Of a stretch of DNA of 64,000 nt, positions 14,474-26,889 are shown in pieces; position 1 is the stretch's first letter; the number at the start of each line of letters is the position of its first letter. The stretch covers positions 107,634,001 through 107,698,000 of the forward strand of contig NC_087436.1 in the NCBI RefSeq assembly GCF_036321535.1, read 5' to 3'. The notes under the pieces were generated by a model. It was not told the DNA's origin. It saw only the letters and a program-made list of their open reading frames with translations, and did no database searches. The position numbers and the translations under genes were made by a program. This DNA is from Camelus dromedarius (taxonomy: Eukaryota).

Positions 14474-15416
14474 TCTTGCTTTTTTTTTTAAATAGAAGTA
14501 TAGTCATTTTACAATGTTGTGTCAATTTCTGGTGTACAGCATAATAGTTCAGTTTTACATATACATACATGAATTTGTTTTCATATTCTTTTTCATTATA
14601 GGTTACTACAAAATATTAAATATAGTTCCCTGTGCTATACAGCAGAAACTTGTTGTTTATCTATTTTATATATAGTGGTTAGTATCTGCAGATCTCAAAC
14701 CCCCAATGTATCCCTTCCCACTCCCTTCCCCACCCAGTAACCATGTTTGTTTTCTATGTCTGTGAATCTGTTTCTATTTTATAAATAAGTTCATTTGTGT
14801 CCTTTTTTTTTTTTTAGATTCCACATATAAGTGATATCATATGGTATTTTTCTTTCTCTTTCTGCCTTACTTCACTAAGTACAACAATCTCCAGGTCCAT
14901 CCAAGTTGCAGCAAGTGGCATTATTTTATCCTTTTTATGGCTGAATAGTATTCCATTATATGTATATGTGTGTGTGTGTATATATATCTTTAACCAGTCA
15001 TCTGTTGATGGATAGGCACATGAAAAAATGCTCAATATCCTTAATTATCAGAGCCATCTAAATCAAAACTACAATGAGGTATCACTTCACACCAGTCAGA
15101 ATGGCCATCTTTAAAAAGTTCACAACTGATAAATGTTGGAGACAGTGTGGAGAAAAGGGAACCCTCCTACACTGTTGGTGGGAATGTAGTTTGATGCACC
15201 CATTATGGAAAACAGTATGGAGTTCCTTAAAAAACTAAAAACAGACCTACCATATGGTCCAGCAATTCCAGTCCTGGGCATATATCCAGAGGGAACTCTA
15301 ATTCAAAAATACACATGCACCCCAGTGTTCATAGCAGCACTCTTTACAATAGCCAAGACATGGAAACAACTTAAATGTGCACTGACAGATGACTGGATAA
15401 AGATCTTGCTTTTTTT
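14474..15416 (-). mobile_element. 5'-inverted (twin-primed) L1 with 13-bp TSD
   Basis: Minus-strand 3' end ~14487-15013 ([38 protein letters not shown]) joined to plus-strand ORF2 segment ~15014-15403 ([28 protein letters not shown]); TSD TCTTGCTTTTTTT at 14474-14486 and 15404-15416. Confidence 0.92.
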
Positions 15417-16371
15417 GAAGTGACCAGACATCAAAATAGTTTTTTCCTCTTACTTTGGAATATCTTGTGCAGTTTTGATGAACTTAGAATTTTCCTTTAG
15501 GTACTAAGGGCCATGGTGAAGTTTTTAAAGTCATTGCCAAGATAAGTTCCTGCTGGTTTCTTCCTCTGACAAGTACTAGGCATTTTCCTTTATTCACAGG
15601 CTGGGCCACATTAATCTTCAGAAAGACAGTCCCCTGCACCTGAGTGCCCAGAGTGATGGTGTGAAACATTGGTGCAGTCTTGACAAGTCACCTCCCCACA
15701 AGGAGCAAGCTGAATCTTGGGTCTTTTCCTGAAGCATACAGTCAGGGACCTGAGATCTTCCTCTTGAAATTAAAACCATTAAATAAATATTGAGATTTTT
15801 AAAAAGATCTCAGTGGTAAAATTGACTGCATCGTTTCAAAGCCCTTTTCAACCAAGGTCCCAAACAAAGCTCTACCATGCTATCGAAAGAACAACCATTA
15901 GTAAAAAATAAACAAACGAAAACCAACAGGTAGAGGTAAATTTTAAGAAAGGGGGGAAATGGGAGCAAAACTTGTAAAATAAGAGCATTTCCCTCCTGAT
16001 AGATTCTGTTAGATTTTGCTATTTAACAGTAATGTAACTATTAATACTTACTGGACCTTTAACACATGTCAGGAATTTTGCATGTTATTTCGTCTTTGTA
16101 GCAACTTTGTGAGGTAAATCTTATTATCTATCTTAGTCATCTCTTATAGATGATCAGACTGGGGCACTGAGAGGTCAGGGAACATGTTGGTGCCACCACG
16201 TGGCCAGTAAGTGGATAAGCTGTGGTTTTAAGCCCAGGCAAATGGATTCCGCAGGCCATGGCCCAGGCTGTGCACCATTGCTGGCTCATCTCGGTGACAA
16301 GCAGGGTCTGTCCTTAGGACAGGGGCCACCAGTGGACTGATTACATCTGATTGGAAAATTTAAAAAAATTT

Positions 16372-16450
16372 TTTTACATTTTATTTATTTTTGTTTTAGT
16401 TTTATTGAGCTGTAATAGAACCACAGCACTATGTAAGTTTAAAGTGTACA
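16372..16450 (-). mobile_element. Short L1 3'-terminal fragment
   Basis: Reverse complement reads CTGTACACTTTAAACTTACATAGTGCTG...CTCAATAAAAC plus A-rich tail. Confidence 0.7.
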
Positions 16451-17275
16451 GATGCTCCAGCAATTCCACTCCTGGGTGTTTATCTGAAGAAAACAAAAAT
16501 ACTAATTGAAAAGATATATGCACCCCTATGTTCATTGCAGCAGGATTCACAATAGCCAGGTTATGGAAGCGATTTAAGTGCCCATCAATAGATGAATGGA
16601 CAGAGAAGATGTGGTATCTATATAGAGACTGGTATATATACACACACAGTGAACTATTGGCCATCAAAAAGAATGGAATCTTACAGACCTGCCTACATTC
16701 TCCTTACAATGAGAGACGTCAAGTTCTGAGTAGCTCTTCTCCCACTTTCTCTGTGTTGCATTGGCCTAAAGATGTCTCTGAACAGTGGAAATATTTTATA
16801 CTCATGGTCCTTAAAAATTAATTACATTATCAAAAAGGTTTAATAAAAATTTAAAACATGGAAAAAAAAAGAATGAAATCTTGCCCTTTGGGACAACATG
16901 GATGTACCTAGAAGGTATAATGCCAAGTGAGATAAGTCAGACAGAGAAAGACAAATACTGCATGATTTCACGTGTACGTGGAATCTAGAAAGCAAAATGA
17001 ACAAACCACAAGATAGAGAGTCATAGATACAGAGAATAAACAGGTGGTTGCCGGAGGGGAGGGAGATGGAGGGAGAGAAAGACGTACAAACTTCCAGCTG
17101 CAAAACAAATGAGTCATGGGTGTGAAATGTATAGTGTGGGGAACAGAGTCTGGTTATCTTTGTACGGTGACAAGTGGTAAGCAGACTTATGGTGGTGATC
17201 ATTTTGAAACACATGGAAGTATCGAATCACTATGTTGTGTAACAGGAACTAAGATGGTGTTGGAGGTCGACTGTG
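16451..17275 (+). mobile_element. L1 (L1MA9-like) ORF2 end/3' UTR, split by an insertion at 16683-16865
   Basis: ORF MFIAAGFTIARLWKRFKCPSIDEWTEKMWY; L1 sequence resumes at GCCCTTTGGGACAACATGGATG after the insert. Confidence 0.88.
16683..16865 (+). pseudogene. 5'-truncated polyadenylated retrocopy of an unidentified transcript 3' end
   Basis: Non-L1 sequence with AATAAA (16842-16847) and an A-run from 16862, flanked by AAAAAGAATG[G/A]AATCTT at 16666-16682 and 16866-16882. Confidence 0.75.
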
Positions 17276-17699
17276 TGATTTCTTCGGATCCAGACAGAGA
17301 GCTGATAGGTCTTTATTCCCTTCTGATGGAAAACAGGTGTGTGTTTTCTACTAAAGAATGAAGAACTCCAACCTCAGTAAAGGCTTTGATACCTGATGTG
17401 GTCTGTGTGATAATTTACTTTATTTGCAGTTTACCTGTCGCTGACCTACAATGATAGCATCTGGCTTTGCTTAGCGAAAAGCAGGGACTTGTGATTGACT
17501 GTCTTTGTTCTTTGCCCAGAGCTGTCTGCACCTGCTGTGCTTTGCAACTGGAATCTGCAAAAAGCAGCCCCTCCTGACGTGAAAGTTAGTTTTCATACAA
17601 ACAGGAGTTCCATATCAAAAAGGACAGTGAGTGGGGAGTGTAATGACTTAGTGACAGATGTTCAAAGAAGCAGAGCCCCGAATAACACATGGATCACAT

Positions 17700-18240
17700 C
17701 TGTTTAGATAAAGCACCTCAAACAAACACGGGAGGGGCGATGTGTTTTAAGCAGAAGGAGAACATGAAGAATGTGAGAGGTGTGGGAGGAGACACCGAAG
17801 TTTAAGAAGGCTGCAATGCCAAGTGCGAGAGGTGGAATAGCTGGCCGAGGTAGGCAGGAGGCAGATCTGGAAGGTCTTATACATTATGCAGAGAAGTCTG
17901 ATTTTATTCTACAGGCAAAAGGAAGCCATGAAAAGATGTTAAGCAGGATCAGCAACATGCCTAGTTTCAGATTTTAGAAAGCTCACTGGAGGCACGGTGG
18001 TCATTGGATGGGAAAGAAGTGAGAATGGAGCAAGAGAGGGCTAGTCATGAGGCTGCTGGAATAATCCTTACAAGAAAGGATGCTGCCTTGACCTGAGGCA
18101 GTAGCTGGGAATTGTGATGGGGGTGTGGGTGGATGTGAGAGGTTTTTAGGAGTTTGAATCTGTAAATATTGTGACTGATTGTGTGTGGAAGAAGAGAGAA
18201 GAGTCAAGGGTAACTATTAGGTTTCTGACTTGGATACCGG
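17700..18240 (-). mobile_element. L2 fragment
   Basis: GAAGCCATGAAAAGATGTTAAGCAGG...TTTTAGAAAGCTCACTGG...GAGTCAAGGGTAACTATTAGGTTTCTGACTTGG, typical antisense L2. Confidence 0.75.
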
Positions 18241-21200
18241 AATATGAGAGAGACTTGCACCTGTTGGTTAAGAGCAAAGAATCAGGATTGGTGAAAATGT
18301 TGGACAGACAGGACAGAAGGAAGTAAGAGACGTGGGGACTCTCTTGGCACCATAGAAAGGAATGTTGCCTAGGAAGAGACAGAGGGTGGCTGGACAGGTT
18401 AGTGGCTTTGAAAGAGCTGACGGAAACTATAAACTAGCAGTGGCACTGTTCTGCTCAGTTCGTGATGCATAACTTCACCCTCCGTTTTATTATAATCCAT
18501 TATCATTAGGGCCACAATGATGGCTGGGACCACGTTTCATTTAACCCGGAGACTCCTCAGTGTTCAGAACAGGGCATGACCCATATTAAACGCCCAATAT
18601 ACTTCTGTTGACTTGAAATTTGTGAAGCTACAGAGCAGTAGACATGAAATACTATTAGCAAACAGACCTTTTTTTTTTTTTTCAAGTGCATTAAATGGCA
18701 GTACCTTGGAGAACACTGAAAGCAGCACAGTCAATATTTTAGGATGGTTCTCCCAGGAGTGACGGCTCTTTGTATGAACAGGTGTACAGGTGTATCTGAA
18801 AAGACCAATTTGCTGCCAATAGTCACTTTCCTGCTGCAGACTCGGGGTTTCATGATTTAAGGTGACACAGAACACCTGGCATTGTTTACAGTGCTCTTTC
18901 TTCATGGTGACAGTCTCAAAGAGTCTGCGCGGGGATTTCCGGGAGAAAAGTGAAGGGAATTGGAAGAAGGGATAAAAATGGATGATGAAGGAGAGGAGTG
19001 AGCTGAGGCCAACTGCCAAGTGGAAGTTGCTGATTGACACTTAGTCTATGCTCTAAGGCAAAGTGTACAGGGTTGGACTGAAAAAAAAAAAAAAGAAAAC
19101 ACCTAGGTTCTAGTTTCAGCTCAGCCTCCAACTAGTCGTTTTATCCTTGGCTTGTGACCTTTAACAGTTTTCTGAGACTCAAGTTTGTTTTGTTATCAAA
19201 GGAGAGTCATATTTTTTGCAGCAGATGTTTCTTTTAATAAACATTTTGTGAACTACCCAGCATTCTTCAAATACGTAGCCGAAGCCTACAGATGAGAGTC
19301 TCGATGCGAGGCTGACTTTCCATTGCAGGCACGGCGTCTCCGTGTCTCTGCCTCATGCTCTATTGTTGCTTCTGCCCAGCCCAGCCTAAATTGTCTTTGC
19401 TTCTTTTTCTTTGATCTTCAGAACTGTATCCCTAGAAAATCCTTACATTGAAGTTGCAACTTACATCTAATTCAGTGTTTATTTCCCAAGATATCCTTGT
19501 CAGTGTATCCAGTATGATCATTGACACACTTCTTCCAATCTCTATAAATATTTGCAAACATGAGGTCATTTGTCAATGCAATTCAGTGAATGTTTACTGA
19601 GTTCTATTATGTGCCAAGCCCTGTATTAGGTGCAGGGCTTCCAGGGATGAGGCACAACAGAGGAAATGAATACAACTAATTCTACTCAAGTAGATGCTAA
19701 CTGTTCATATTAAGTATGAAATATTCACAGAAACAAAAGAGATTGATTAATTTAATCTGGAAAGTTTAGAGAAAGCTTTCGAGAAGCAGTGATATTTGAT
19801 CTTGGCCATGAAGAATGAACACAAGCAATACAATTTCACCAGACAGAGATGGAGAGAAGATATTTTAGGTAGAGAAAGAAGCCTGGGTGGAAGACTAGAG
19901 CCAGCAAAGGATGCCGTGCTGGGAGGAATAACAGGTAGCCTAGCGCTGGAATGAGCACTGGGAAATCAAATATGGACACAAGGGCCTCAAAAATGGTTAT
20001 TGCCATTGCTTTTGGAGCATTATGATTACAGAGACTTTGGAACTGTGGTGTACAAGGGTAGTGATCATCGCTATATATAAAAGGAGCTGTCACCTGGGAG
20101 AACCATGCTGTAGAAAGGCAGTGATACTAACTGTTGAGTATTTAACAAGAGCTGTTACCAGCAGATGGTAACCCCACTATTCACCCCCCATTTAATTATT
20201 AACCCCCCATTTCTCGTTATATACAAATATCGAATCATTATGTGGTACATGTGAAACTAATATGTTATATGTCAATTATACCTCAATAAGAAAAAAAGAG
20301 CAATGTCTGGAGACCAGTGGATTAACGAGCTCCATGTTTTGTGGAAGAGCCCAAAGATGGCTAAAGGTGTGTCATGATTTAGGACATGATTAACAAAGGG
20401 GAAGAGAGTAGCATGGGAATTGGTGTTTTACAAATAGACAGACATCCACACACACATCCCTAATCATCTGAGAGGTTCAGTACCTGTAAGGTGCACGGAA
20501 GCCCATCTCTTCCCCCTAAATTCTTCTAAATCTCGTGACAATTGCAAGGCTACCGCTTGTTTATAGGAGCCAGAAGTGAAGCTGGATTTAATCACAGACT
20601 TTGCGACATGTTATATGTGGGAACTTGGTTAAAGTATTTGACAGCTGTAAATACTATAAATCTCAGTTGGCTCATCGGATTGAAAAGGTGGGAACAACAA
20701 CACTTGTTTCACAGGATGGCAGTGAGGATTTACAACGATGTATGTAAAGCCACCTGCAGATGCCTCGAATTTGCAACGTCTTCAATGAATGGTGCCCATC
20801 ATTGCCTTTGTCTTAATTCTGTTGCCTTTTCTCCACATTTAATAATCATGATGGTTTAATCTGGCAAATTTCACCCCCGGATCTCAAACTATATTTTAAA
20901 CACGGTTACTCTTCTTCCCACCTGTTATTCTGGCCTTGCCAGAGCCAGGGCTCCTGAACAGGGACTGATGTGGGTAATAATTTTCTAGTGGGAAGAGAGG
21001 TGAAGAGTTGTGCTTTACCTATTTTATAGATGCCCACACTGAGGTAGAACCCTTGGATGTGCCCCAAGAAATTCAGACTCTGAACTAAAACTGTAATTAA
21101 ATGCCTTTATCTCCAAGCCTGCAGACTCGGTCATTTGCTTCTGCAGTCTTGTCCACACAACCGTATGTCATCAGGGTGCCGAAAGGAACGACGCTCATAA

Positions 21201-24200
21201 AGCGACCCAGGCACCCGGCAGCACTGGCGTGGCTAGCACCTCACAACGAACGAGTCCCTTCGAAAAATTCAGTGTAAGATGAGCAGGAGTAATAACAAAG
21301 CAAGGAATCGTAATTTAATCATATCAAATCGGAGATATACATATGTATCTATATGGTAATGGTGAAAGGCAAGAGCAATTCATTTTCGTGCTTCTAAAAT
21401 TGGATTTTCCCAAAGATCAGAATGGAGCTCAGTTCTTCGGACTTGCCTTAATGATACTGTCGCTGAGCGAGAATGCTGGGAGCTAGAGCTGAAGCCGCTG
21501 CCTGTAGAACAGCTTCCTTAAAATGGATTGGCCCATTTATGCATTTGGAAATCTGAGTTGTAAAAGGAATGATATCTGTCTCAGTTCAGTATGGCCTTAT
21601 ATAAGATTTTTCATTTTGGAAATTTATTAATATTCCTTGGGCAATGTTTCCTTCACGAGAAAGGCAGCGGCAGCGTGGCATTCAATAAGTTTGCAGCAGC
21701 ATTAAGCTTTATTGATCTGAATTAGGGTGTCTGCCTTTTGCTTTGATAGTTTGTCACTGTGAGTCACAGGTAGAAAGATGCAGTCACCCAGGCTCTATTG
21801 ACTACGCTAGGAAAGGTATTGCACGTCATTGAATATATTGCAGGTCTTCGGGATAATTTACAGAGTGTATTTTGGCTTTGCATATTAGATTTTTGTCTTT
21901 TTCTGGCATTCTATAAACATGTAAAACATTGTTCCGTGCCCATCGAGTGAATGAATGACTGAGTTGAGATCTTGTGTAACATCAAAGAAAGTAAGTGGTG
22001 GATTCAACATTCAAGTTTTAAGCTCGAGGATGTTCAAGTCCTCTTGGCCAAGGAGCACAAGGTGGGTTGGTCAGGCCAGAGTCAAGGCCAGCAGCTCGCG
22101 ACTTGACGTACCTGATGTACTACTTTGGCTGCACGTCCTACTGGCTTGGTCTAAGTTGGGAGAGCTGATAGAGCTGACTGAGTCAGGTTCCCCGAGGCGG
22201 CACTGAGAGCCGGAGAGCAAATGATAGAATGTGATCATCAATAAGGACTTGGATTTACGAACTGAGACCAGTGTGTGGCAGATTCAGGAACCAGTTGGCC
22301 CTGATTTGGGAAGGTTCTGGGGAATCGCTGTGTGCGTGGGTGGGTGTTTGTTGTCGGGTTTACTTGTTGATATATACGTGGGGATGTTCTACTGGCTGAA
22401 AGTTTATCAGGACAAGATGGACTGGAAGGGTTTTAGAATTTAGTTTAAATATATGATAATAACAATGGTGATTACTATATACCAGGCAGAGTTCTAGGCT
22501 TCTCAATGGGTTGTCTTACTTAACTTTGATATTATTATTATCCTCATTTGATAAATGGAGGACTGAAGCCTAGAGAGTTTAGGTATCAAGCACAAGGTAA
22601 AGAAAGTGGCAGACTCAGGACTTGAGTCTTTGGAAACTGACTCTAAGGTTTGGGCTCTAAACAAGTAGTCTCCAAAAGTAGCGTGTGGCCCTGGCCTTGC
22701 TGAGGAGCATTTTCCTGATTTTTTTTTCTTGCCCCATATATCTGGTCCCCAAGTTAGTGACAGTCATTTCTGTAACAATAAATACATAAAAACTATTTGA
22801 TCCTAAGCAAAAAAAGATCGGCTTCTGAACACAGTTCTTCTATCATTCACCATTTCTCTATGTCAGGATATTCTGTTTCATATTTTGTGCTGATGTTTGC
22901 ATTCATTCATTCAATACATCTCTTACTGAGAATCCACAATGTGCCACACACTGTTTTAGGTGCTTGGATTCCATCATGAATAAAACTAATGAAGATCTTG
23001 GACCTTATGGATGTCATAACAGGGGAGATAGAAAGTAGAAAAAAATAGAGTATGTAATTAAACTATAGGATTTATTAGAAGTTGACCATTACTATTGATT
23101 AAAGAAAAAGGAGGGAGAGTAAGGAACATTAGATGTGCCGTGGTGGGAGTGAGGTGGTGATAACTTAAAAAGAGTGATCAGTGCAAGTGTCGTTGAGAAG
23201 TTAGGAGGTGAAGGAGTGTGCCGTGTGTCGGGTGCATTGGTGGTCATGTGACCAGGAGGCTAAGTGATCTTAGACGCCTGGCCTAGGTGACTCCGGAGGT
23301 ACCTGTGGTCCTGGGCAAAGTCAGAGCTAAAAGTTCTATGTACAGTTTGTTTCCATAACCTTGGCTTTATCAGACTGTTGAGAAAATTAAAGATGTCACC
23401 TGACATTTCTCAGTGACACTCCAGCTTTGCCTCAGAGTAGTCACAAGCTTCCTCCTGAGAGTTCAGAAGCCCTGCAGAGAGCACGAGCCATCAGTGCAGG
23501 TCCTTCTTCAGAATGACATCCGTTCTGCCTCATAGGGTGGTTTTCCACATGTGAGCCTCAGGTGCGAGTGCTCAGTGCTCCAGCCTCTAGAGAGAGTTCA
23601 AGGTTTCCTGCCATGTCTTTATCTTACCAACCCCTTTCCACTCCTGAAAGTCTGACTTTCTCACCCTCGAGATGTTGAGGCTTAGGACTGTATTTGACCT
23701 TGGTGCTGGAACTTAGAGCCTTTAGGATAAAAGTGCATTAACTCTGAATGGAAATACTGATGAACTCTTGCTATTGGTATTCAATCTGCAATTAATAAAA
23801 ATGGTAAGATGAATTATCGCTTTACAAATACAATATAGAGGACCAGATATTTCAAATGTGTGTTCCTTGGTGGGAATTCCCATTTCTCAGATCAGGGCGA
23901 CTCCCTTTCCAGTTTATAATGTTTATTACTGTTCTCTTTCTTTGCTCACTGCAGCTTTTGCCTTCAACTGCAGTTGGCTGTTTGTCTGCCAAACCATGGA
24001 ATCAGAATGAAAGTCAGCCCTGGCAAGAAGATCGTCATAATAGGGTCCCTGCTTTGCTGAGGTTGGGTTGGCAATCTGGGGGAAGAGAGTTTTCCTTCGC
24101 AGAAACGTTTGGAGTGAATGGAGCCTTCTTGACAGTAGGTTTGTTTAGCTGCAAGCAGTTGTCAAGTACCAGCAAAGCCTCTGAAGGATGCTGACACAGG

Positions 24201-24328
24201 CCCCTGCTCAGGGCCATCAACACTTAGTGTCAAGCAGATGAAAACCGATTTGTTTAAATGTGTGCAGTTTGGCAGCAACTTTACTCATTGTCAATGCTGA
24301 CTTTTAATTATTCATAGACTCTCGTGAA

Positions 24329-24331
<3 letters not shown>

Positions 24332-24363
<32 letters not shown>

Positions 24364-24372
24364 TGTGTGTGT
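24332..24372. repeat. (GT)n microsatellite, one interruption
   Basis: Direct reading. Confidence 0.97.
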
Positions 24373-25002
24373 AGGATTTTGGGTCTGAATCTCTGATGAA
24401 ATCCTATATTAGAGTAACACAGGATAAAATAGAGAGCTTCCTGTCCCAGATTGACAAGATCGATATCATGGTTCCCGGAAAGGAGAGGTTTTGGAGTCTA
24501 GCAAAAGCTAGGTTCAAATAACAGACCATGCTTTAGACTGATTTGCTTTGTGATCATGGGTAAATTGCTTAAATATATTAAACTGCAGTTTCCTGATTTC
24601 TAAGAATCAGTATTGCAATAGTCCCTATCCTGTAGGCTTTTTACGAAGACTAAATGAATGAAGATATGGGTAACAAGGTTAAAAACAAACAAACAAACAT
24701 GAACTCGTCGAAGGCCCTTAATTTGCAAATGAAAAAGCTGCAGCTGTCTTGTCTATAAGGTGCAAACCCAGGACTCCGTCCTCACGTGCTTAACGCTGAG
24801 CCCAGTAGTCCTCCTGCTACAACATGCTAGAGGAAAGAAAAGTGCTTGTAAAGAGCATATGCTGTGTAATGTAACTGCATATAACTGTCTGCTGTCTGTT
24901 CAATTCTAACTCTGTGGAGCTGGATCCCAACAGGCTAAAAGGATGCTGGAAGTGGCCACAGCCAGTGGGCTTTCTAAATGATGCATCATGGGTGCAGGAT
25001 GG

Positions 25003-25505
25003 GATAGTGGCTTGAGCTGTGGCCTCCAAAAAGATATGCCTGTGACTAGTCCCCGGAACATGGGAATGCAACCTTGCTTGGAAGAGGGTGTTTGCAGACG
25101 TAATTAAGTTAAGGATCTTAAGATGAAGAGATCATCCTAGATTATCCAGGCCCCAAATCCAATGACAAGTGTCCTTATAAGAGGCAGAGTGATGCACAAA
25201 GAAGGGGTCAGCGTGACCATGGAGGCAAAGACTGGAGTCACGCAGTTCCAAGCCCAGAAATGCCCACGGCCACCACCAGAAACTGGGAGAGGCCAGGACC
25301 AGAAAGCCCCCTAGAGCCTCTTGTTGCAAGGCGGTGGGTGGGGGGGGGCGGTCCACAGCCCTGCCAACACCTTGATTTTAGCCCTGTTGGACTAATTTTA
25401 GACTTCTGGCCTCCAAAACTGTGAGGGAATGAATTTCTGTTTATTTAAGTCACCAAGATCATTTAATTCTGTGTTACCTTACAGCAGCCCTAGAAACCTC
25501 ATACA
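25003..25505 (+). mobile_element. MaLR solo LTR (MLT1B/C/D-like)
   Basis: TTTGCAGACGTAATTAAGTTAAGGATCTTAAGATG, GACTTCTGGCCTCCAAAACTGTGAG, terminal ACAGCAGCCCTAGAAACCTCATACA. Confidence 0.88.
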
Positions 25506-26661
25506 GGTGGTTAAAAAATCTGAGACAAAGAACTAAAACAAGCTGTGTGCTAGCCAGGATGTGACTCACATGCAAGCATTGGCACGTGGAGAGGGCAAGG
25601 ATGCTCTATTTTTAAAACCTCTGCTTGCTTAACGTTCACCAAGCCCTTGAAATGAGTTTTATCAGAGCTTTGTATCTTGGCACATTAATTCAGTCATTAT
25701 TTGAGAAATGCAAGATGCTTATCTTCAGGTGACTTAAGTCGTTGACTAGTGAACAAACCAGTCAACAAACCCGTTGCAGTACAAGGTGCTGAGGGCTCTG
25801 GTGGAGGGGACATGTGAGTGCCCTGGGTTGCTTAGAGGAGGAAAGCTACAGCTTTGACGGGGGCAGGGCAGCTGCCGGGACAGGCTTCTGAGAGGAACAG
25901 ATGTCTGAGCTGGACCTCAACTTGTTGGCTTAGTGACAGGGAGGTTTTGCTGACAGAAGGAGCGGGGGTACCGTTTCCCCAGCCCTGAGTTGGAGGCCCC
26001 GAAACCCAGAATTTCTATTTCTTATCATCTGCTCCCCTCTTTTCCATGACCTGGTCTATACAGGGACACTGTAGCTGTTTGCTGGGTCGAGATCAATATT
26101 AGACAAGGAAATGTGTCTGACTAACACACATGAGCCAGGTGTTTGGAAAGATAAGCTCAGAAGTAGGTGAGGGCAATGCCGTGGGGCCGGAGGACTTCAC
26201 GCCTCTGTTGGCCAGGTGGGAGCACGGCCAGCTCCGTGGTGGACAGCCCTGCTTGCGGCTTAATTGTTCCTGCCTCGGAGGCCCTGCCCACCTCTCACTC
26301 CGGCCTCTGACTGCCCTTCAGTTCACCACCACAACTCCCAGTCTGGACAATGGAACTGAGCAAGAAAAGAGGGGACAAATCTCTTTTTATGTGTGACCAG
26401 CACTGTGCTAAGTTCTTTACAGAAGGGATCTGATTCAGCGCTCGCCACATTCCCCTGAAAAAAAGTCTTGCTATTGCTATTTCTCAAAAGTGGAAGCACT
26501 CTTGTTAGGTTCAGTTACTTTCCTGGAGCTGAAGGGAATAAAAGCCTTTGAAGACCTGGCTTTTGCAAACTTCTCCACGGCCAGCGCCAGTCACTCTCTG
26601 TCTCAAGATTTATGCTCCAGCTATTTCAACCTGCTTTGAATTCTTCCTTCCATGCCCAGTG

Positions 26662-26889
26662 CAGTGGCTCTCAACTAGTGGCAATTTTATTCTCCCGGGG
26701 TAAAATTTGACAATGTCTGGAGACATTTATGATTGTCACAATTGAGAAAGGGGACACTACTGTCACCTAGTGAATAGAAGCTGGGTTTGCTGCTGCTAAA
26801 CATCTTGCACAGCATAGGACAGCCCTCCCTCCACCAGAAAATAATTCTCTGTCCCAAAATGTCAGTGGTGCTGAGATTGAGAAATCCTA
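26662..26889 (+). mobile_element. MER20-like hAT-Charlie DNA transposon inside an L2
   Basis: Ends CAGTGGCTCTCAAC / GATTGAGAAATCCTA; internal GACAATGTCTGGAGACATTT and CCAAAATGTCAGTGGTGCTGAG. Confidence 0.85.

Noticed and set aside
21121..21180. Hammerhead-ribozyme-like motif on the minus strand (CTGATGA-CATAC-GGTT-GTGTG-GACA-AGAC...GTCT)
   Set aside because: Core has GACA instead of GAAA, the stem II closing pair is C-G rather than purine-pyrimidine, there is no valid UH cleavage site and no convincing stem I; an Infernal/Rfam hammerhead search would settle it.
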